Shown here: positions 41,501 through 53,500 of the stretch, piece after piece
Position numbering within the stretch: position 1 is the first letter of the stretch
Layout: every line of letters begins with the position of its first letter
NCBI RefSeq assembly: GCF_964355755.1
Contig: NC_092678.1
Location: 11,344,352-11,408,351 of the forward strand
DNA: 64,000 nt
Origin: Antedon mediterranea
Lineage: Eukaryota; Animalia; Echinodermata
Direction: 5' to 3'
The notes under the pieces: generated by a model
Databases searched by the model: none
Told to the model about the DNA's origin: nothing
Seen by the model: only the letters and a program-made list of their open reading frames with translations
Translations under genes and position numbers: made by a program

Positions 41501-44500
41501 TTGTGTGTTAAAAGTGGCGTAAAAAAAAATTTTTTCTGACATTCTATATGGTACACTCTATCAGAAAAACCCAAAAAAAATTTTCCTATACTTTTTTCCC
41601 GCAAATGTGTATATTAACTGTTCTGTACCCAGGCTATTAAACATATCATGCACATTTTAATCGACTATAGAGCGAGTATCGTTCAAGATATTCGTAATAT
41701 TCTTGAGTGATACATTAGGTGACGTATGAACGACTTAGCAGCAAGTTATGTGTCTAAACCGTTACAGCGTAATGCAACGCTTCATACAAAATTGTAGTTT
41801 ATTAGTGGAAAACAGAAGACAGTATTGTTCAAGCATACAATGCTTCTGTAATACAACATTTATTATATCAGTCACACCATTTTGTGATGTGAAACAATGC
41901 CTGACCCATACTTGCCCCAGGCCAACGTATCCATGTCGATGTGAGGTGATGGAATAAATGGTCTACTGAAAAAAGAAGGGCAACAGAAATTTGGTTGTGC
42001 TACATAACTATATTTGTTGATAAAGTTTGCGGTACACCACGTATATTAGTTCTGAAAGAAATTTTGGATTTTCTACACCAAATTGCTGTAAATATAGATA
42101 GAGCTAATAAGCATTGAATTTGCCTTCTCACACCAAAGTGTGCCTTTTTGGGGCTTCCCCTAGACGTATGTTCGCATTGAACTTGAACACAAAACAAAAT
42201 ATCGAGTGAATGATCAAACAATCGGCGGTTCCGCACAGAGCGCGCGCATCTAACATACGGCAACAAATGTTATCATTCTTTTAAATAGTACATGTGTGTG
42301 AGGAGGAGGAAAAAATATGATCGTTTTGCTCATAGGTGCTACATGAGAGTGTCTTTTCCGGCCATTAATCATGAATGTTATGTGCAAGAACACCATTTCC
42401 GGCCATCTAGGGGTGTCATTTACCCTGGCTATGGCCCTGATCAGCCTAAAAGAGCCTCCCATCCAGAGAACATTCATGTTTACACCTAAATTGTTTTCAT
42501 AAAGGAGTTTAACAAATTCATTAATAAAAATAGAGAATAAAATTTGTCAAAGTACACTCCTTTGTGGATATTAAACTCAGGAAGCTATTAATGTATAGTT
42601 TTACCTCAATTTAACAAGAAGATGAATTACTCTTCAATGTAAATATGTGGTCTTTGAAATGATGATTGAATCTATAGCCTCCCTGGACTGTTGGAATATA
42701 ATAGATAAATGTCTTTCTCTCAAATAGTATTCAAATAACGAGTGCGATGGTATAAATAATTTCATGAGGGGAAAGATGAAATTCTCTATTCTTATTTTCA
42801 CCAAAAGAAGTTATTTTTACCATTGCACAAATACAAAACATTCATTATTTAAGTATTATTTTTTAAATATTTTTATATGCCAAAGTCAAGCAAAACAACA
42901 GGCATCGCTTTTGGATTTAACACAGGGATTTTCACAGTTGGCCTGGGTTTTTTTCATTTTTGTTTTCCTACAAATAAAGCTAGAAAAAGTAATATCACAC
43001 AATTGTTTAATAGTACCATCTAACAACATGTGTCATACAGTCATCCAATCAAATGGCAAGAATATATATATATATTTAGGTGTAATGTTGAAACTTGCAC
43101 AATACTGTATAACAAAATTGTCAACAAGAGTAATCCATGTAATCATAAGCTGTTTCAACAAGAGTAATCCATGTAATCATAAGCTGTTTCAACAAGAGTA
43201 ATCCATGTAATCATAAGCTGTTTCAACAAGAGTAATCCATGTAATCATAAGCTGTTTCAACAAGAGTAATCCATGTAATCATAAGCTGTTTCAACAAGAG
43301 TAATCCATGTAATCATAAGCTGTTTCAACAAGAGTAATCCATGTAATCATAAGCTGTTTCAAACAACATTGTCAGCCTTAAAATGGACCTGAAATGGATT
43401 TTCGATTTTTTTCATTTTAGAATGATGTTTTGGGGGCTATTAGGTGTTGCTAGAATGTATATTGTTACAAAATATAAATTGACCCTTTTGGGGAAAGCCC
43501 CATTTGAAAATCAAAAAAATTTGCGGGTGACGTCACTTTGCGAATATATTCCTATCCCTCCAATGGACAATTTGCAGTTTTTTGGCTATAGTATAACTCT
43601 TGAAATCTATGGAGTATTTTCTAAAAAATGCTTGTGCATTTGCAGAAACGTATTTAGAATTTGTTTAGATAAAATTATTACCGTATAAACGGTTATTCAT
43701 CGAGTAAATGACGATTTAAAATCTTAAAATCAACGGTTTTTTTCTGGCAATACCGAAGTTGGCCTGGCAACGTTGTCCGGGATACAGCTCCGTGCGCAAT
43801 GATGCGTATCCATATTTTCCGTTCGTGTATTTTGTATCGTTCGTAATTTATACTGCTAAAATGTGTTAGTTTCTTTAGTTTTTAGTTTAGCAGAATTAAA
43901 TTAGTAATATGAGATGATAATTTATTTGTCACGAATCAGGCAGTTCGAAAACGAATTTTATTCATATTTTACTTTGGCTTGACAATGAGCGCAGCAAGTT
44001 GTTGATATCGCTTTGGTCCTTGGATGCACATGAAACGGAGCCTCGCCGCATGATGTGGGTGGTGGATCGACTCCGCGCACTGGATTGGGGGCCTAGGCCT
44101 AGTAAAGGTTTGGGAGGTAGGCCTTCTAAATTCGGGTTTTAGAACAAACGAAGTACATTTTAGGGACCTATATTTCAACAACATTAGATATTGAATAAAT
44201 TAGTATTAGTGTCAACGCTTCGCGTATCTTTCCAGGCCGTCGATCATTCACTGACTATCGGGCGGCATACACGCTCTCGATATCATCGTGTGTATATGTG
44301 ACGTCGTGAATATAGAGGCTTCCGACGGCCGTTGAAATAGAATATTGCAATGGCGTGAGTAATTTTCGCTAATTTACCCTGGTATCTTAAAATTTCGTTT
44401 TTACTCAAAATACTATACATTTTGTTTTTATTTGTATGGGTTTGTGTTAATTTGATACATTTAAATAACATGTGTGAATTTCTTGAAAGTAGAGTACCGA

Positions 44501-47500
44501 GAAAATGGCAATCTTCATCTTTGATACCTTAATTATTTCTGGCATAAACAATAATGGCAATTGGCCTGCAGAATGATTAAAAATTACAATACTGTTATAA
44601 AGTATTATAATAGAATGAATTTAACAATGCAACTTTCAACATCTTAAATCAGATAACCTTTTTTTATCTTTTATTAAGGGCTATCTTGTTACTAAAGAAT
44701 TGTTTATGTCAAAAGCAGCAGAGGAGAGTGTTAAGCTCACATTACAACCTCCCAAGAAAATGGCTAGTTTTAAGGATGGTAAGAGGGTGGGCAAAAAAGC
44801 TTCTAAGCCTAAAACTAGCCCACAGACAGAGTTTATTACACTGATAAGAAACATGGAGATTCCTGAGAAGGTACACTATAGCATACCAGATGAGCGGGAA
44901 CATAGTCGAATCTTGCGCAAAATCAAGTAAGAAATTTTTTCATTGAGTTCCATCCGACATTGGTAAAAAACAAACTTCTCTCAAGGCCTTTGTTTATAAT
45001 GACCTTGTTCGAAAACTTAGGCCCTGTTCAGACCCATGGCGTTAGACCGTTTTAGCGTACGACGCTAAAAGAATGTGTGTCTGAACAGTTGGGGATTAGC
45101 GTACAACGCGTCGTACAACGGTTGTAGCGTTGTAGTGGAAAACGGTTGATAGTACCGTTTTAGCGTACGACGCTACTGTAAGTCAACGTTGTATCCAATC
45201 AGAACGTTTCCTGTTATGACGCGTTACAAGGTTTGACCTAGGCTGACATCTTGTATCGTCAATGTGTGAGATGGATTTCAATAACAAAAAGGCCAGAATA
45301 AATAAGGCCTAACTACACTACAAATACAACTGTTACAAAGGCTACAAACTACTATCAACTGATTACCATTATATTTTCTAACAAATGACATAAATACATG
45401 CACCTTGTATTTAAACATAGATCCCATCCGCTTTTAGGCCTAGCTAGGCCTAGAGTCATTCACGCATTTCATTCAAGCTAAAAACTAGCGTGGGACATCA
45501 AGTCACTCATTCATATACAAGGCAGACTAGACTGGACAAGTGCTGAAAACCCCCTAACTCCTAAAAAAATCAGTAAACAAACAAGGGGAGCTGTATCCCT
45601 TTTATTAGCAAGTTAAGGGTTATTTTCAACCTACTGGAACAAAGAATATATATCTTTGACTGGACTGGATAGACTAATCACAATCAATTTTTTCTCATCA
45701 TTAGAATAGGAGGCCTGCTTTATTTTCGTAACACAAGAACCTGGGGAAAATGTTTTTTAATACAAAATAAAAACAATAGAAACAGAAATTTGGCTTTACA
45801 ATATTTTTCTTAAATAAATGCTGAGGTATGTTGTTTTATTTACGGCAAATTTTGTCATAATTGTAGGGCTGAGATCTAGGCCTATACACAGTGGAAATAA
45901 TGATGAAAACACGTGGGTAAGAGGACATGAATATGCAACTAGAAACAACCTGAATGACGTAGTTCCGTTGTAACGATAATCGTACGCTATGGGTCTGAAC
46001 ACCTCGTTTTTTTCTCTGCGGTTTGTAACGTGACCTTGCTAGTAACGTTGTACGCTAAAACGGTCTAACGCCATGGGTCTGAACAGGGCCTTAGATTGAA
46101 AAGAACAATAGAGTAAATTTTTTGGAAAACTGGAAAATTAATGTTTTTGATTAATTCTGTTAAATCTATTGGTTAAAGGGTATATTTCTGTCAAATTAGG
46201 AAAACTATACCATAATAAACATTTTGTAACCGTGAGCATTGAATATGTTAAAAAAAAAATGTTATAGGCAAAGTAAGTTACTTCTAACAATCATTAGGCC
46301 AAAAAAAAAAAATAGTTTGTTTGCTGTCATCCGCCGCCCCTAATTTCGCCAAAAATTTGAGGTGGAGATAAGAAAAAGTTTTTTTTTTACGTTGAGGGCG
46401 CTTTTAAAAAAAAGTTTTTTATGATTTTTTTTGGCCGAAAAGGTGTAAAAATGGAGTGTGCGAGGATGAAACAATAAAAATAACGTAGCGTATATTTCGG
46501 TGTATAATCGCACTTTTGACACGCAAATTTAACCTCTAAATTAAGGGTGCGTCTTATACACCGAACATAAATGCCTCAACACACAGATATCGCCACCTCG
46601 TTGGCTAGGCCTGGGCTTTTTAAGGTAAGGCCTAGGCCTATTAGTATTACTAAAGTCTAAAGAGTAGGCCTAGCCTAGCTACAGTGTACTAGCGTAACAG
46701 CAACCTGCTAGTTTTCAAGGCATTTTAGCGTGATTTTGTACTAAATATGATGAAAAGATTTTTTCATTATGGAGCTGTTTTAAAGCGCTCCGATAAAATT
46801 TCATTTGTAAACGTTTACGATTGGAATAGTATTATAGTTATACGCACGACCGTCGTACCCCCAGCGCGAGCTAGCCCTTCAAGCTTGGCAACCACATTGT
46901 GTACACAGTATTCGACTAGTATATTCTCCAGTTGATTATAGCATAGACCTAGCGTACACACTTCTAGGATACATAGATACTAATCGAATTAGATTGTCCG
47001 TGAAAACGTGCGCCTCTCTCGATAAAAGGATCGAGCGAGGCTAGCCCACACACACACGTGCGGTCATGCACTCCATGTTGCGGGTGCGAAACTCATGAAT
47101 AACAAGTTAGAAAGAACTGACGGAATGGGGGACTTCCCTTCTTGTTGAGGCTGGGCTTTTATACATTGACGATATACAAAATACCGATATTTTACTCTCA
47201 GGTAGGGGTGCGTCTTATACAGGTGCGACTTATACACCGAAATATATGGTACACTAACTTCTAAAATATTTAATTAGGCCTGCTAACAACGACCTACTGT
47301 GTAGTAGGGCTAGGCTAGTTTAGACACGGGGCCTAACGCGCCGAAAACAGAATTAAAGTGTGAAACAAATTATGAATAGATGTACGTTTGAGCTCGTTGT
47401 TTATTCAGTGTGTTTTGTTAAAATATTAATGGAAATTACAGTGCTCATAAAATAGCGTGTTATCAAAAATTAATATGATTGTAGTCTATTTTTTTCGCCG

Positions 47501-50500
47501 GTAAAACCAAGGGCGGACTAAATGTTTCTTCTGCCACTAAATTAAAATTTAGATCCCATTTCATCATAATAATAACCAGGGTTGGAAGAGCCTATGTAAA
47601 TTGACAGACTGCAGCGTACAATTAACCAGCAGTCAACAATACCACGCACAGTTTACTGGCGATCAGTGTATTCTTTTATGTGGATGTTTCTGAACATGCT
47701 CAGAATTAATTTCTGACTGTTTAGATTGCTTGTGTGTGTCATGAGTCATATATTACAAGATAAGATTACTTTTCTCTCCAAATCAATTAATTTTAACATT
47801 TACGAAATTTGAAAATACAATCGATCAGTCTACCTGTCATGTTGCTATCTGTCTGGTGTTGTCCCATCTTGATTATTGTAATTCTCTGCTCCATGGTTGC
47901 TCTGAGAAAGATATTAAGTGTATTCCACTACTTCAGAACATGGCTGCTTAACTTGTTTTGTCTAAAAATTTAAATAATGTGGGTCACTTATTTTCATCTT
48001 TACAGTAAATTTCAATTTAAAGAAATTCAAATTTTTGAAACGCATGTGAAAGAAAATTGATTGAGAAAGAATATATTAAAATGTAGAAGAAAATGGGGTA
48101 AGCAAGCGCGATGGGCTCTATTAAATGGGAGTAACTAGTGCAAAAGAGAAAAAATCCTTTTAGCCATATGGTGACATCAGAACGTCTGGTAGATACAAAT
48201 TGTACATGAATTGATATCTACAACTCATCAGCTTCCATAATACATTTAAAAAAATGGAGTCACCAGTCATCCTGAGGAGCTATAAACCGATTAAAAATAG
48301 GTAAATTTGTGTAAATATTTGCATCCAATTATTTTATTAAAGTTTAACGTGCACATGCGTCGTTATTTTGCAGTTAAAGTTCATCAAAATTAATTAAATC
48401 TACTACAGAAGGTATGAAAAACAAAAATTGATTGCAAAAACGCAAAGAAAAATATGGACACATCTATATGTTTGTAAATATTATGTAAGTGGAAGATCTT
48501 CAACACTTCTATTACTCTGATAGGCAAATTGCAGTGAATCGAGAAAGAATTTGACCGGATCAAACAACTACCTGAGTACAATTTTTGCTAGGCACTTTAA
48601 CAACATTAGATGTGATACTGAGTTCCTTAGGGTTTGTTTTTTTTCGTAACTGGTGAGATATAGGCCGTTTTCCATTGATTGGGCACTGTACCATTTACTA
48701 AGCTCTCATTATAAAGTTAATTTTGCTAATCTGCTAAATTATTTTGCTGTTTATCTTGTTGTTCCTCTTTATCATTTTGATTTAGCTTTTTGCTTATTTT
48801 ATTTTGTATGTCCATTGAGATCCAGCCACTGATACCCACAGCAATGTCATTATTTTCAGTAATTTGCTTTTGGATTTATATGTATTGTATGAATGATGAA
48901 AATAGAAAAATGACATTTTATAGAGAAATTAAGAAAAAAATTGCATTTACATTTAAAGAAATGTGGTTGGCATTTATTATTTGTTTATATTTTTGGTTAA
49001 GCTAAAATATTAAAGAAGTGCTTATAAGCAAATAAATTATGGTGTGTTTTTTGTCTTGGATTTAATAAAAAATTAAGAAAATAGTTTTGCTTAGAAATAT
49101 TAATAAACCTGACTTTTAAAATTAAGGATTTAGATTTTTTTATTTTTTTTTTTGCTATTAAAGCAAGTTTGATAAATCCAGTCCATGCATCTCATAACAT
49201 AAACAAGCATGCTGGTATTTAAACTTAGCTGCCTTTACTACCTTTCCTATGCTAATTAAAATCTTCTGAGCTCTCTTTTTGCATGGTAAAATGTCTACTT
49301 TATTTTGCTGCTGAAGGAGTCTTATCTTCTCGTTTTAAATTTGAACATTGTTGTTTTGTATTTTTTTAAATAACTAGGAATATATGTGACGATTGGATGG
49401 AGCATTACAGGCTAGCAATTGGTATCACCTCACCACATCTACGCAACATGAGTATTGGTCCAAGGCGACGTACACGCTCTACACACTCGGCAAAATCTGT
49501 TCCCGGTTGTTTTGCTCCTTGTCTAAAAGAAAATGTAGATGAGATGAAGGAATATAATCCAACATTTGTCCCAGAAGTATCTATATCTTCTCGTGTTCCG
49601 TCAGCACCACCAATTAAATATGGAAGTGGTCAACGGCCCATCAGTTCCTATTCTACAGCTTCAAAAGCATACAGCCTCGCATCTAGTCGAAAGCGTACAG
49701 AAGACAAAGTGCGAATAGAAGTCGATGGACAGTCTGTGCATTCTAAACCACAAACTCCAGCTCCATCAACTTGGTATGTATACATGTAAATTTTTAAGAA
49801 ATGATTTTAATCCAGTTGCACCTAGTAGTTGTTAATAAATTTCCTATTCCTTGTCTTATTTAGCCCTGAGACCTATGCAGCTTCATTGTCAGCAGGAATC
49901 TCTATTTATGCATCACCAGTTGCAAAATATTCAAATGCATCAGTAGTGGAATTAAATGAGAAAAAGCAACTTCTTACACCTCTTAAAGGCTGCACTGTGT
50001 ATCCTTTGTATTTAGTTTTGTTTGTAATGTACACTAGAAATTGAAAGAATGTAGAAAAAAGGTATATAAAATATATAATAATTCTACATTTGTTGGTATA
50101 GTAAAAACATGAGCTGTGAGGCAATTTTCGTTTAGTACATATATATTGACCATGTTAGCTGGTGTTAGATATTTTTCTTACATTACCTAACATCAGTGTA
50201 TTACGTAATGAATTCTTTGGTGAGAGTATATCCACTTGCAAATGTAGTCGTCATCATATCCCAATTTTGACCGATATTGAGTTTGATTGTTTCATCAATA
50301 AGGAAGTGACTCCAAATCAGTTAGTAGTTATCAGCATTATTTCCACGCTTTATCCTGATTTAACAACCCGCTCAATGCTCACCAAACTATATGAACATCA
50401 AAACAAAAACAGGACAAAACCTTGTTATCAGGTAATATTAATTGTCCTTATATTATTACACTTGTTTTGTACTATATTTGTTTCCCTTTCCAAAAAAATG

Positions 50501-53500
50501 AATGAATGAATGAATGTAATAAAGACTTAATTTACTTTCTGCAGGTTCATAATCATATAGAACATCATGATATAAGAAACTCACTGTAATTTCTGAATGT
50601 GAACCTAATGATATATCATGCAGATGGATTTATGTGATGTGTATGGTGTGATATCATTTATTATAGGCATCCAATGGAGTATAACAAATTAGTGTGAGCA
50701 AGTATTCTCAAATGTACTTGGAATAATTTATGTTGTTTTCAGAGTCACCTAGATCCATATCGTCTTCTAATATATGATGTTACAAATGCTGCTTTGTACA
50801 CTGAGCATAATCAACCGATGTTGTTAAGGCGTCATAATGCGGTCCCTGGCATGTTTCTGGTGAGTCGTGTATTTTGTTATACAGCTTTGAATCTACAGCA
50901 TGTGGCTAATGACAATCAATAGAAATCAAATTTTGGTTGAACCAAGGTGTTTTCAGAATGTTTGCTGACATTTTAGACACTACAATACACTTTGCAAGAT
51001 GTAAATTAGTAAAGCAGTTTTGTTTGCCATAAAGTTATGCATTTTACAATCAAATTAAATATATATTTTCCGAATTCAATTTTGAACTTTTCCGATATGG
51101 GCGTCTAAACCAAATATTTTTGTTATTATCATCCATAAAGTTTTCTTTGTTGTTAGTTTCAGTAATTTGTATTAGTTGGATGAAGTAAGCGTTTTATTAT
51201 AATTATTGAGAAAATCCATTCCAAATATATCATTTTTGTGATTGCTTTAATTTCTATTTGGTCCAAGGCCATTTATTGGTCAATTAATGTGTTTGTGACA
51301 CTTTTATAAATTTGTATAATATATATGGGATAGATGAGATCAGATCATCAGATTCTTACAATTGAAAAATCAAATTATGTTCTGTTTTTATTTGGAAATT
51401 ATTCAGTGGATATACCCTGGAATCAGGTTGCACTATTTATATTGCATAAAACTGGCATACACCAAAACTGTGATACATTCAAACATTGATCTGTATTGAC
51501 AAGCAACTGGATTCAGACAAACAAAATGATTGGCCCTGCTCAATATTTCCTGTTAACAATTTGAAATCAATATGTAGAGTATATTAAATTGACAGTTTTA
51601 TTTATATCTATTATGAATTTCTTTTTTTTTTCAATAACTTTATTAAAGCTGCATTTTGTTTGTAACAAATTATAAGCAGAGGAGGCGCATCCAGCATGTT
51701 GAATTAGGGGTGGGCGGTGGGTCCACACCAGACACCAAATACACTCGCTACAGGATCCAAAATCAATCAACCATGAGCTTTGCCAATCACAGAAAAGCTT
51801 GATTGAATTACAATGACATCATACCACTGGTATGGTGGTTTTTAATTTTGTAGTCGAGCTCTTACAGAAATATTCACAAATTTGTTCAAAAATGAAATAA
51901 ATGGACCTTCTTTATAGTATATTTTCTCTAAAGGATTTGAATAATAAATACATGATGATATTTAACCACATATTATTGATCATGTTTGATGGTGAAATGT
52001 TTTTTTAAAAAAGTTAACGGGGTCCTACTAAATACCTATCAGAGCAACAAATTTACCACCAGAGAGCAGCAACCTGCTTGTAATTTATTATTAATGGTAT
52101 ATTACAAATTTCAAAGCTTAATTCTTTTCAGGAACTGATAAAATTGAATTGAATGCGTTCGATCATAATAACGCGTTCATCCGTGTCTATTGTGTATTGT
52201 ATTCAGCGGGCAACTGTGTAGCGCTACCGATGCATTTATTTGGTCAAATAAATAACTATAACATTTCAAAATAAATAACAATTGTTTACTCCGTCAACTG
52301 CTCTCACAGCATTTATTTGGTCAATTGAAATCAGAAATTCTTTTTTGTACATTATAACATTTAAAAAGTAGAAAAAAGGCACTCCGAGAGTGCATACCTT
52401 CGCCTAATGTAAAATTTCTCTACATAAGATTTCTCCGGGCAAAAAAAAAGTAATTTTTTCTTAATTTTTGTGTCTTAATGCTGTGTGTGATTAGGCTAAT
52501 TTCACTACAACCATGTGTTATGTGAATTTGGTGTAATGGTTATGTAACATGCTTTCAACTAACTATAGTTTCAGTTGACTAACAAAAGAACAGCAGCGCC
52601 AAAAACAAACGGGTAAATATGAAAAGAAATAGGTTTTTTTAAACTACTCCTATTCCTATTAAAAATCCTGTACATTAAATCAAATTATGTTTTAAAATTA
52701 CAAATCACCAATTATAACTCTTGCCTCTTGTACAAAAATAAAGTTTTCTGGACAAGTAGTTCTCGAGAAAATGCAATTTCAGTTTACTCATTACTTTAAA
52801 ACTGCTCGCTGGCTCTTGAAAATTGTCTCCTAACTTTTAACACTGAAAATAATACTAAGAAGTGGTCCAGAAATGGGACCATGGTCCAGATATGGGACCA
52901 TGGTCCAGATTTCCTCCAAAATTTAATGGAGTGGTCCTTGATCACATATCTATCTGTAGTTTCATTTTAGTAAAGATCTTTCAATAACTTTTTGAGTAAT
53001 CCTGCTAACAAACAGACAAACAAACACACGATTGACTACATACAGTCCTTGGCAGAGGTAAATTTATAAAACTATGTTCACACAATTTGTCTTTTTTTTT
53101 TGTAGTAGAAATGTATTCTTTGGTTGATTGATAGTTTTTTGGTCCTTTTTTTAATGAAACCATAGAATTGACTGCTACGGTCATTGCAGTAATCCGACAT
53201 GCCTTTTTGTCAGTGATGATATTCTGTTTAATAATTACTGTATTCTTCCCAAAGTCGATTATCATTTAAAAATTAGTTAGGCTTTCGTACTTATGTTAAA
53301 CAAAATTTTTCTTACAAAAAACGCCGCTCGACATTTTAGAATTAATCATTGTTCTTTCTTCTGATATATTAAATGATTAATTATTAAAAAGATGTCCTTT
53401 AATCGCAAAAATACATACAAATCAAAGATAGTTCTTTAATTATGAATCACATTATGCCCATTTTTTCAATAGTTAATTGTAATATAAATAAACAACTTTT

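Noticed and set aside
41680-42500. GC-richer intronic patch with short overlapping ORFs
   Set aside because: No recognisable motif or consistent splice structure; probably a decayed TE
43121-43362. 34-bp repeats of CRISPR-like length
   Set aside because: No spacers; a simple tandem repeat
43376-44500. Possible Kolobok-like element starting at TTAA
   Set aside because: No matching right terminus found
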